This document shows, in pieces, positions 33,119 to 42,335 of a DNA stretch of 64,000 nucleotides (positions are counted from its first letter, which is position 1; each line of letters begins with the position of its first letter). Below the pieces are notes generated by a model. The model was not told where the DNA came from, made no database searches, and saw nothing but the letters and a program-made list of their open reading frames with translations. The stretch comes from Elainellaceae cyanobacterium. GTDB taxonomy: Bacteria; Cyanobacteriota; Cyanobacteriia; CAZCXK01. Position numbers and translations under genes: made by a program. The stretch covers positions 37,730 through 101,729 of the forward strand of contig JBNPEG010000006.1 of assembly GCA_051117555.1 (NCBI GenBank), written 5' to 3'.

Positions 33119-33487
33119 TTACCTCAAACCAGAATCATTGACGGTTGAGCGGGACTCAGGCTCACGCTGAGCAGTATCAGTCTGGGATAAACGTTGCTGT
33201 TCCCGCTGACTTGCTTCCAAACCGACTGCGATCGCCTCTTTAAGTCGTCCTAGCGTGCCATCCCAATTCCGTAGAGCCTTGGTAGAGAGTCGATCTGCTT
33301 GAAGCTGTACGCTCGATGATAAGTCTTCGGCAAGATCTGGCAACGCATCAGCAGATTTCTTCAAAAGCTGTCGAGTTTCCCGGCCCGTTTTAGGAGCTAC
33401 CAGCAACCCCGCGATCGCACCCATTGCAGTTCCTAGCAGTAGCCCTCCAATAAAGGCTCCAGATGTTCCAGATTGATTATCTGACAT
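33119..33487 (-). CDS. YtxH domain protein
   Basis: FIGGLLLGTAMGAIAGLLVAPKTGRETR. Confidence 0.85.
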   Translation of the reverse strand: MSDNQSGTSGAFIGGLLLGTAMGAIAGLLVAPKTGRETRQLLKKSADALPDLAEDLSSSVQLQADRLSTKALRNWDGTLGRLKEAIAVGLEASQREQQRLSQTDTAQREPESRSTVNDSGLR

Positions 33488-33665
33488 GGTTGTGTTTCCT
33501 CGCTGTTGGTCGCTGAACGCCTGTAGTTTAAACGATGATGCTTAAAAGCAGTCCTTTAATTAACGACTCTCTAACTCGATGGCAAAAAACGAATTGCGCT
33601 AGAGTTTCTTTGATACTCGATATGCAACTATCTTAAATAGGATAACAACCCACCAGAAGCTCCTA

Positions 33666-34013
33666 TCAATGAAGATGATGAGTTTGATGAACTGATTGGG
33701 TCGAACGTTTCCGCGACACTCGCCGTCGCTGCTGCCAAACAATTTGACCGAAACTCAGCAATGTCAGAGCTTGTTGGGCGCCGCGAAGTTGCGGTTCAAG
33801 CTGACGATATTTTTGGCGGAGCTGATAAATTCCGATTTCACCACGTCGAATGGCCTCAGGAGCACCATGTAGCACCTGATGGGTGCTGTGCTCGGTAGTA
33901 TCGAGTGCATGTCTCACTTCGACCAGTAGGCGTCGTAGTTTCCGGACATGCCATGCGACAACAAAACAAAATCCCGCGATTAAGATATTAACGACAACAA
34001 CCAGGAGTACCAT
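33666..34013 (-). CDS. Hypothetical membrane-anchored protein
   Basis: N-terminal TM then a helical region; co-oriented with the YtxH and DUF948 genes. Confidence 0.65.
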   Translation of the reverse strand: MVLLVVVVNILIAGFCFVVAWHVRKLRRLLVEVRHALDTTEHSTHQVLHGAPEAIRRGEIGIYQLRQKYRQLEPQLRGAQQALTLLSFGQIVWQQRRRVSRKRSTQSVHQTHHLH

Positions 34014-34048
34014 AGTTCAAATTTTCCTCTCATCGTTCTTGAGAATGA

Positions 34049-34140
34049 TATAGCAATCCCAGATGGGGTGTGAGCGGTGGGGCCGGCAACGTCCGCCCCA
34101 CCGCTCACACACAATTCACAAGCGATTTAGGATCGCTATA
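34049..34140. mobile_element. TATAGC MITE, subfamily A
   Basis: TATAGCAATCC...GGATCGCTATA ends and a 16-bp GC hairpin; reverse complement of the 46111 copy. Confidence 0.85.
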
Positions 34141-34257
34141 TTAACGCCTGGAGTGCGCGTTTGAAATATCCTTAATTTGATTAAGGATGTCAGGAAATTA
34201 GGTGTCTGCAAACCTCCTGAACGTAGAATGGCTGTTGTTTTCTAAGAAGGCAAGTTT

Positions 34258-36438
34258 ATGGTTCAATCTGCATCTCTTAGAGAGCTACATGTGAATCCAG
34301 CCACCGGTAGCGATCGCGCCCCAGGTAGTCAGATAAATCCGCTGAGAACCATTACGGCTGCGCTCAGACAAGCCCGCGCTGGCACGACAGTTCGCCTATA
34401 CCCGGGAGTCTATTCGACGAATACAGGCGAGCAGTTTCCGCTCATAATTCCTGAGGGAGTCGTAATTATGGGCAATGAGGAGACAAAAGGTAGCGGAATT
34501 GCCATTGAGGGCAGCGGTACTTTTAACAGTCCTACGTTTGCTCGTCAAAATGTCACATTTTTGCCATCTAATCAGTCGGAATTACGGGGCGTTACGGTGA
34601 CGAATTCGGCTGAGCGAGGCACAGGAGTCTGGATTGAGTCAACAAATCCGGCGATCGCCCACAATACATTGATTCACTGCAAGCGCGAAGGAATTTTTGT
34701 AACGGGTGCCGCCCGTCCGCTGATTCAATCGAACGTCATCCTAAGCAATGCGGCCAGCGGGATTTTTTTTGCTCGATTTGCTAAAGGGGAAGTGCAAGGC
34801 AATACCTGTCGCCAAACAGGCTACGGCATCGCCATTAGTGACAATGCTGCTCCTCTCCTATTTGAGAATCAAATTCTGGATAACCGGGCTGGCATCGTCA
34901 TTTCTCGCGCTGCCCGTCCGGTGCTTCGAAATAATCGGATTGAAAACAATGCGGGTGATGGGTTAGTCGTTCTCAACCAGGCTGCTGTTGATTTTGGGCA
35001 TCCCCAAGATCCAGGCGGAAATGTGCTCAGTCGAAATGCTCAGCGCGATGTGCGAGTGGCATCATCAACATCGTTAATATCGGTTGGGAATCAGCTCAAT
35101 CCGGTTAGGGTTGAGGGGGCGATCGCGTGGGTTACGAGCCAGCTTCCGACGCGTTTGCCGATCATTCCACCCTCGATTCCGACTCCTAGCCCTGCACCTG
35201 CACCTAGCCCTGCTCCGCCTACTCCTACTCCTACACCTAGCACATCGCCAAGCCGCGTTCGGTTTCAGGATATTGACGGATACTGGGCACAATCATTTAT
35301 TGAGCGATTAGCAGAACAAGACATTATCAGCGGGTTCCCGGATCGCACGTTTCGACCTGAAGCCCAGCTAACCCGTGCTCAATATGCTGCGCTGATTTCC
35401 AACGCGTTCAATTTACCTTTGAAACGCGAATCGCGTCGCTTTTCAGATGTGGCATCAAATTTCTGGGCCGCAGGCGCAATTAGCCGCGCTGAGCGAATGG
35501 GCTTTATAGCAGGGTTTCCAGACGGCACGTTTCGCCCTCATGAAAACTTGACCCGCGTCCAGGCAATTATATCGCTGGTTAATGGGCTGTCGTTATCAGG
35601 CGGGACTCGCTCGCTGCTGACCATGTATCGCGATCGCGCCCAGATTCCAAACTATGCCATCATGGCGATCGCCCGCGCTACGCACCAGCGATTGGTCGTC
35701 AATCATCCCAATCCTGATTATTTAGAACCGATGGTTCCGATCACCAGAGCCGAAGTTTCGGCGATTTTATATCAATCCTTGGTAGCAGTCGGGCAGGTGT
35801 CTGCGATTTCTTCGCCATTCATTGTCATCCCTGTCATCCCTCAAAATTCGGCAGTCTCTTTTTCTGATTTACGCGAACACTGGGCAGATGAATTTATTCG
35901 CGGATTGGCTTCACAGGGGATGTTAGGAGGCTTTGATGATGGGACTTTCAGACCTGATGCTGCAATGAGCCGAGCCCAGTATGCCGTTCTTCTTGCAAAC
36001 GCATTTAATCCACCTCCAACTCGGGCTCCAATTCGCTTCATTGACGTTCCAGATAGCGACTGGGCAGCGCCCGCCATTCAGCACGTCTATCGGGGAGGGC
36101 TGCTTTCAGGTTTTGGGGACGGGACATTTCAACCCCGGCAAGATATTGCACGCCTGCATGTCCTTCTGTCGCTAGTAAACGCGCTGAGGTTGCCGGACTC
36201 TGACTTGACCGTGTTAACCCGGTTTGCCGATCATGAGGCGATCCCGCACTATGCCAGAGGGGCGATCGCCAGTGCAACCCAGCACAATTTGGTTGTCAAT
36301 TACCCGGATGTGAATCGGCTCAATCCTAATCGAGGTTCGACCCGCGCAGAGGTTTGTTCACTGGTATACCAAGCTCTCGCGGCATCAGATCGAGTGCGAT
36401 CGCTGGATTCTCCCTATATCGTAAGAGTTGTATCGTAA
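34258..36438 (+). CDS. DUF1565 beta-helix protein with Pro-rich linker and two S-layer homology modules
   Basis: VNPATGSD...PLRTITAAL, parallel beta-helix repeats, a PTPSPAP linker and repeated GFPDGTFRP...TRA motifs. Confidence 0.88.
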   Translation: MVQSASLRELHVNPATGSDRAPGSQINPLRTITAALRQARAGTTVRLYPGVYSTNTGEQFPLIIPEGVVIMGNEETKGSGIAIEGSGTFNSPTFARQNVTFLPSNQSELRGVTVTNSAERGTGVWIESTNPAIAHNTLIHCKREGIFVTGAARPLIQSNVILSNAASGIFFARFAKGEVQGNTCRQTGYGIAISDNAAPLLFENQILDNRAGIVISRAARPVLRNNRIENNAGDGLVVLNQAAVDFGHPQDPGGNVLSRNAQRDVRVASSTSLISVGNQLNPVRVEGAIAWVTSQLPTRLPIIPPSIPTPSPAPAPSPAPPTPTPTPSTSPSRVRFQDIDGYWAQSFIERLAEQDIISGFPDRTFRPEAQLTRAQYAALISNAFNLPLKRESRRFSDVASNFWAAGAISRAERMGFIAGFPDGTFRPHENLTRVQAIISLVNGLSLSGGTRSLLTMYRDRAQIPNYAIMAIARATHQRLVVNHPNPDYLEPMVPITRAEVSAILYQSLVAVGQVSAISSPFIVIPVIPQNSAVSFSDLREHWADEFIRGLASQGMLGGFDDGTFRPDAAMSRAQYAVLLANAFNPPPTRAPIRFIDVPDSDWAAPAIQHVYRGGLLSGFGDGTFQPRQDIARLHVLLSLVNALRLPDSDLTVLTRFADHEAIPHYARGAIASATQHNLVVNYPDVNRLNPNRGSTRAEVCSLVYQALAASDRVRSLDSPYIVRVVS

Positions 36439-36644
36439 GAACCGATATTGCCAGGTCGACCTGACAGTCAAATTGGGGCACGATGCTGCTAATGTATGGC
36501 ACGTTGTTATCGCCCAAACCACCTACACAGTATGTGCGACATCTGGGGGATCATCAAAAGTCTATGGGGTGACATACCTGTATAGTGGTAAAAATGAGGC
36601 TAAGCAATGGCTGAGCCAACAATAGCAAAGACAAGGGAGCGTTT

Positions 36645-36980
36645 ATGGCTGAAATCCAGTTCTCCAAAGGAGTTACAGAAGAAATTGTTCCTGATATTCG
36701 CTTAACCCGTTCTAAAGATGGCACCAACGGAACAGCAACTTTCTACTTTCAGAATCCTAAAGCATTGAGCGGTGAAAGTATGGAAGAAATTACAGGTATG
36801 TATCTAATTGACGAGGAAGGCGAACTCACGACCCGAGAGGTGAAGGCTAAATTCGTCAATGGTAAACCTGAAGCGCTCGAAGCATTTTATGCAATGAAAA
36901 GCGTCGAAGAATGGGATCGCTTTATGCGATTCATGGAACGATATGCAGACGAGCATGGACTCGGTTTCACAAAAACTTAA
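36645..36980 (+). CDS. psb28: Photosystem II assembly factor Psb28
   Basis: [34 protein letters not shown]. Confidence 0.97.
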   Translation: MAEIQFSKGVTEEIVPDIRLTRSKDGTNGTATFYFQNPKALSGESMEEITGMYLIDEEGELTTREVKAKFVNGKPEALEAFYAMKSVEEWDRFMRFMERYADEHGLGFTKT

Positions 36981-37025
36981 GATTGAATTTTTAGAAACAT
37001 CGCGAATTCAGAAATCGATAATCAG

Positions 37026-37096
37026 AAAGGGCACAGCTCGATGTTGCACTTAAGGGGGATACCCTTACGTCATACAACATGGCCTATGCCCTTTTT
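37026..37096. terminator. Long interrupted stem-loop between convergent psb28 and ctp genes
   Basis: Nested pairings AAAGGGCA/TGCCCTTT, ATGTTG/CAACAT and TAAGGG/CCCTTA, ending in a T-run. Confidence 0.55.
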
Positions 37097-37171
37097 AGGT
37101 TAAATCGAAGAACTCAGAGCCAATGGTTAACGGATGGGGCAGAACACCGGCGAGCCGTCAATCCAACCTGA

Positions 37172-38494
37172 CTATTCTTGTGGAATCAGCCGCGTAAATT
37201 CTCCATCAGAGCGATTGGCGATGATTCCTTGCCGTAAAACCGTGAGTGCTTCTTGGTAGTAGGGATCGATTGGAGTTCCCCGCAAATTTGGATTGGTTGA
37301 TAGTTGTTGCCGCTGCTCGCGCGTGAGATCGATTTCAATATCGGGGATAATCCCTAAATGGCTGATATCTGTACCTCTTGGGGTGTAATAATGGGCGACC
37401 GTCACGGCCAGTCCCGATCCGTCAGACAACGAATGCACCGCTTGTACAAGAGCTTTTCCAAACGTTTGGGTACCGATAACAGTGGCTCGGTCATTATCCA
37501 TCAAAGCGCCCGTCAAAATTTCACTAGAGCTTGCCGAATTGTTATCGACCAAGACAGCTAACGGCAACTGAGTCAGTGCAGTGTGATTGGCAGCGATTTC
37601 TTCGCTATCTCCAAAGCGATCGACTGTACGTACGATTGCACCGCTGTCCATCCACATCCGAGAAATTTCAATACTCGAATGGAGTAATCCGCCGGGGTTT
37701 CCTCGTAAATCCAGCACAAATGCCTCTGCGCCCTGGTTGGTCAAGTCTCGAATGGCATCTCTCATCTGTTCTGCGGCATGAGCACTAAACTCGCTCAATG
37801 CGATATATCCGACGCGCGCCTCATGGTCTTGGCGTAGCGTATAACGCACGGCTGCTAGCTCGATGGTTGCGCGAGTGAGCGGGATATCAAACTGCCCCTC
37901 TCCATCTCGATCAATTCGCAACGTGAGGCGTGTTCCAATATCACCTCGAATTAAGTTAGACGCTTCTCGGACTGACATACCTCGGGTAGAACGACCCTCA
38001 ATTTCAAGAATGCGATCGCCCCGTTGTAGACCAGCCTCTATGGCAGGAGAATTAGCTAGGGGCTCAATCACGGTTAAGATACCCGTTGCTGAATGAACCT
38101 GGAGCCGTAATCCGACTCCAGAAATTTCTCCTGATGTTTGACTCGTCAACTCCTCATACTGCTGAGGATTCATAAAGCGAGTGTATGGATCATCCAGCTG
38201 AGCTAAGACATCTCGCAACGCCGCATAAGCATCTTCGCGGGATGAGTAATCGCGACTCAGTAATTCCTGACGTACGGTTTGCCAATCGACTTCATTAAAT
38301 TGCTGGTCGACATATTCTCGATTAACGAGCTGCCAGGCTTCGTCTAGGACCACTTTAGGGCTGTCTTCTAATGATGCTAATGCAGCAGGCATGGGCATTG
38401 GCATCAGGAAAGATAGCATCGTACTAGTTGTCGCGATCGCCCCACTTAGTAGAGCCGTATGGATAATTTGAAACACCTTAGGAGATTGATTCAT
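37172..38494 (-). CDS. Carboxyl-terminal processing protease (S41, CtpA-like paralogue)
   Basis: DPYTRF, PDZ GVGL, LDLRGNPGG, SASSSEI, TFGK. Confidence 0.93.
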   Translation of the reverse strand: MNQSPKVFQIIHTALLSGAIATTSTMLSFLMPMPMPAALASLEDSPKVVLDEAWQLVNREYVDQQFNEVDWQTVRQELLSRDYSSREDAYAALRDVLAQLDDPYTRFMNPQQYEELTSQTSGEISGVGLRLQVHSATGILTVIEPLANSPAIEAGLQRGDRILEIEGRSTRGMSVREASNLIRGDIGTRLTLRIDRDGEGQFDIPLTRATIELAAVRYTLRQDHEARVGYIALSEFSAHAAEQMRDAIRDLTNQGAEAFVLDLRGNPGGLLHSSIEISRMWMDSGAIVRTVDRFGDSEEIAANHTALTQLPLAVLVDNNSASSSEILTGALMDNDRATVIGTQTFGKALVQAVHSLSDGSGLAVTVAHYYTPRGTDISHLGIIPDIEIDLTREQRQQLSTNPNLRGTPIDPYYQEALTVLRQGIIANRSDGEFTRLIPQE

Positions 38495-38935
38495 TGAAGT
38501 CGCCGATTATCGATTTCGCAATGAGAGTCTGTAGTTTAGCCGTTGAGATATAGCCACCATCTGGCAGTGTCCGAAGCCTCGCCCTTCGTCAGCCTTACCC
38601 TGTTATGCCCGGGTTATTCAGATTGCTCTAACCATAACTCAACTGTCCTATCAGGACTGTAGCCTTCGTATGACAGTTTTCTAGAGTGTCCTGACTTTTA
38701 GAACATCCTGAATGCCTTAACTAACCACCCCCAAACGTCCGACAAGGGCGGCATATACTCCTCACACATTATCGGAAACCAGTTTCAGAGACGCTGAGAT
38801 GTTTCGGTGGCATAATTGTTCTTGATAATCTAACTTAACTCCTGAAGGAATGGGTAAGCTTAGCCAAACATAAGTTTACAAATGGGTTTTTAGAGATTTT
38901 TTATTAAATATTCGTTAAATCATATTTTCATTAAA

Positions 38936-39619
38936 TTGAGTCGGTATATCAAGACACTCTATCGTCAAATGCAGTCTCATCGAATCAAGCTTCTGCGCTG
39001 GTTGGGAGCAGGGCTTGCGATAGGGTTTCTTATATGGATGCTTGTCACCATGGTTGCCGTGCGATCTGCGGCATCTCGTCCGATTGATACGATTTTGGTT
39101 CTAGGCGGCAGCATTCAGCGAGAAATTTATGGTGCAGACTTGGCACAGGTATTGCCAAACGCTTCGATCTTGATTTCGGGTGGATCAGCAGACCCATGCA
39201 TTTGGCTAATTTTCCAACGGAGTGACAGCCCCATTGACCAGGTCTGGCTTGAAAAATGTGCTGATTCAACCTTTGACAATTTCTACTACAGCATCCCGAT
39301 TCTTAAGCGATGGAAGTCGCGCCATGTGAAACTAGTCACGTCTGAAACTCATCTTCCGAGGGCATGGTGGCTGGGCAGGATTCTGCTGGGATCGCACGGA
39401 ATTTGGGTCGAATTAGACCTTGCCCCCGAACAGGGAGTCCCGGGTAATCAAGAGTCTTGGCTAAAGACTACTCTAGATGTCAGCCGCAGCGTTGTGTGGG
39501 CGGTTCTTGGGCAATGGGTTCGACCTGAGTGCGCCGATGTTGTGCGGTTGTCATCTGTGAACATGGACGCTTGGCGACATCAAGGGTTTAAGTGCGAACA
39601 TCAAGGCAACTTAGACTGA
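38936..39619 (+). CDS. YdcF/DUF218 family protein
   Basis: N-terminal TM, ILVLGG, ISGGS, STFDN, VTSETHLPRA. Confidence 0.85.
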   Translation: MSRYIKTLYRQMQSHRIKLLRWLGAGLAIGFLIWMLVTMVAVRSAASRPIDTILVLGGSIQREIYGADLAQVLPNASILISGGSADPCIWLIFQRSDSPIDQVWLEKCADSTFDNFYYSIPILKRWKSRHVKLVTSETHLPRAWWLGRILLGSHGIWVELDLAPEQGVPGNQESWLKTTLDVSRSVVWAVLGQWVRPECADVVRLSSVNMDAWRHQGFKCEHQGNLD

Positions 39620-40018
39620 AATGCTGAATTTGGGATCACCGCCCTCAAAATATCTCTCGATTGAACGATGCTGAATGAGAGCGATCGCACGATAATCAGC
39701 TTTCGTAAGCTTAGGTGTCTCATAAGCTTAGATGTAAGGAGATCGTAAAAGAATTTTTGAATTTTCTGAATTAGACATGAGGTGCGGTTACGGTTGACGG
39801 AAGGTAAATGGGCTTGTCTAACTCCGTCTTATAGGCCCTCACCTCTTATGTAAGCGACTATGTAAGCGACAAAATCTTGCGATGCTACAGATTTTTCTAG
39901 TGTTAAGAAAGTTTGATTTTCTAAAAGTCCTCCAATAAAACTCACTTAAAGCAATCGGTGTGTCAAAATAAAAGCGGTTTCGCCAGCTTAATGAAGAAGT
40001 GTGAAGTAGGCGTGAGTC

Positions 40019-42109
40019 ATGGAATCGATTTATGAATATGCGTGGCTGATTCCAGTTTTGCCCTTAGTTGGGGCGACTGTCCTCGGCTTAGGTCTGATAT
40101 CGTATGGCAAAACTGTCAGCAAGTTACGGCAAGTTAGTGCAGTTTTCATCGTCTCCTTAACGGGAGCAGCGATGGTGCTGTCATTTGCGCTTTTATGGAG
40201 TCAAATTCAAGGGCATGAGCCCTATCAGCGTGTGATTGAGTGGGCGTCAGCAGGCGACTTCCGCCTAATGATGGGCTACACCCTCGATCATCTGTCTGCC
40301 ATGATGCTCGTTATTGTGACGACTGTGGCGTTTTTGGTCATGGTCTATACAGATGGCTACATGGCTCATGATCCCGGATATGTAAGGTTTTACGCCTATC
40401 TCAGTTTATTCAGTTCCTCGATGTTAGGGCTAGTCGTAAGCTCTAACCTAGTCCAGATTTATATTTTCTGGGAACTGGTCGGCATGTGTTCCTATTTGCT
40501 GATTGGGTTTTGGTATGACCGAAAAGCGGCGGCTGATGCCTGTCAGAAGGCGTTTGTAACTAACCGAGTCGGAGATTTTGGGTTGCTTCTCGGCATTTTG
40601 GCGCTGTATTGGGCAACCGGCAGTTTTGAGTTTGAAGTCATTGGCGATCGCCTAACTGAACTGGTGTCGTCAGGGGCATTGAGCGCAGCGCTCGTGTCCT
40701 TTTTCAGCATCTTAGTGTTTCTAGGCCCCGTTGCTAAGTCTGCCCAATTTCCCCTGCACGTGTGGCTACCTGATGCAATGGAAGGTCCCACGCCGATTTC
40801 TGCCCTAATCCATGCGGCCACAATGGTGGCTGCCGGCGTATTTCTAATCGCTCGTATGGCTCCGATTTTTGAAGGTGTCCCGTCAGCGATGACGGTAATT
40901 GCCTTTACAGGAGGCTTTACAGCTTTCTTAGGAGCCAGTATTGCCGTTACTCAAAACGATATTAAGAAAGGGTTAGCCTATTCCACCATGTCCCAGTTGG
41001 GATATATGGTTATGGCAATGGGCGTGGGCGCATATGGAGCAGGACTTTTTCACCTGATGACCCATGCATATTTCAAAGCGATGCTCTTTCTCGATTCGGG
41101 TTCGGTCATCCATGGGATGGAAGATGTAGTAGGTCATGACCCTGCATATGCCCAAGATATGCGCCTCATGGGAGGATTACGGAAATACATGCCCGTCACT
41201 GCCATCACGTTTTTAGTTGGAACGTTGGCAATTTCTGGAATTCCTCCATTTGCTGGGTTCTGGTCAAAGGATGAAATTCTGGGCGCTACGTTCAGCGTGA
41301 GTCCGATTTTGTGGGGGATTGGATGGCTCACTGCTGGGATCACTGCCTTTTATATGTTTCGGATGTATTTCATGACGTTTGAAGGCACATTCCGAGGCAA
41401 TGACTCTGACATTCGTCAGATGCTTAAAGTGGAAAAACTTCGTCGCATGGGACTAGCGATTGGCCCTGGTGCGATGAACCCTCAAGAGCTAGAGGCTGAT
41501 CCGGCTTTCGATGAACACGCCCATGATGAGCATGACCATCACCACAGTGAATTTCCCCATGAATCGCCGGTTAGTATGACAGTGCCTCTAATGATATTGG
41601 CGGTTCCGTCTATCTTGATCGGATTGGTGGGCACTCCATTTGCCAATTATTTTGAAGCATTCATCCATCCGTCGGGTGAAGAAGCCCATGGCTTCCCTCC
41701 ATTCGAAATTCCAGCGGATTTTGAGTGGACGGAATTTCTCTCGATGGCGGGTAGTTCAGTTGGTATTGCCTTAATCGGCATTACTCTGGCATCACTCATG
41801 TACTTGAGCAAGTCTGTAGATGCCGCGGCGATCGCCAAGAAAGTTGAGCCGCTCTATAAGCTTTCTCTCAACAAGTGGTACTTCGACGAAATATATGATG
41901 TCCTATTTGTTCAGGGAAGCCGTCGTCTAGCTCGACAGGTGCTTGAGGTCGACATTCGAATTGTTGATGGGTTGGTCAACCTGGCAGGGTTTGTCACGTT
42001 AGTTACGGGTGAAGGGCTGAAATATCTCGAAAATGGACGGGCTCAATTCTATGCTCTGATTGTCTTCGGGGCTGTTCTAGGGTTTGTTCTGATTTCAGGA
42101 ATTACCTGA
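40019..42109 (+). CDS. ndhF: NAD(P)H-quinone oxidoreductase subunit 5 (NdhF1)
   Basis: KSAQFPLHVWLPDAMEGPTPISALIHAATMV, with a His-rich loop before PHESP. Confidence 0.97.
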   Translation: MESIYEYAWLIPVLPLVGATVLGLGLISYGKTVSKLRQVSAVFIVSLTGAAMVLSFALLWSQIQGHEPYQRVIEWASAGDFRLMMGYTLDHLSAMMLVIVTTVAFLVMVYTDGYMAHDPGYVRFYAYLSLFSSSMLGLVVSSNLVQIYIFWELVGMCSYLLIGFWYDRKAAADACQKAFVTNRVGDFGLLLGILALYWATGSFEFEVIGDRLTELVSSGALSAALVSFFSILVFLGPVAKSAQFPLHVWLPDAMEGPTPISALIHAATMVAAGVFLIARMAPIFEGVPSAMTVIAFTGGFTAFLGASIAVTQNDIKKGLAYSTMSQLGYMVMAMGVGAYGAGLFHLMTHAYFKAMLFLDSGSVIHGMEDVVGHDPAYAQDMRLMGGLRKYMPVTAITFLVGTLAISGIPPFAGFWSKDEILGATFSVSPILWGIGWLTAGITAFYMFRMYFMTFEGTFRGNDSDIRQMLKVEKLRRMGLAIGPGAMNPQELEADPAFDEHAHDEHDHHHSEFPHESPVSMTVPLMILAVPSILIGLVGTPFANYFEAFIHPSGEEAHGFPPFEIPADFEWTEFLSMAGSSVGIALIGITLASLMYLSKSVDAAAIAKKVEPLYKLSLNKWYFDEIYDVLFVQGSRRLARQVLEVDIRIVDGLVNLAGFVTLVTGEGLKYLENGRAQFYALIVFGAVLGFVLISGIT

Positions 42110-42221
42110 CCGCTCAGGCAATTGTTGGCAACGACCTGATTAATAGAATCAGCAAGGCGTTCAGTGTCGAATCTGTGCTTTTCCTAAGTCAAGGTCGTTA
42201 TATGCTTTAAGCCTAGTTATT

Positions 42222-42279
42222 GGGGGAGCTAGCCGCCGGTCATGACAACCTGTGATGTTGGCTCGCTAGTGTCTCCCCT
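42222..42279 (+). other. Stem-loop in the ndhF-ndhD spacer
   Basis: GGGGAG-CTAGC...GCTAG-..CTCCCC nested pairing. Confidence 0.5.
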
Positions 42280-42335
42280 CGTTACTTCTCTCTTTAACGC
42301 TTAGCTGTATAGTCCCGTCGTTTCAGACAAAATCT

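Noticed and set aside
41510..41565. His-rich stretch in NdhF
   Set aside because: This is a common variable loop of cyanobacterial NdhF1 and is not novel.
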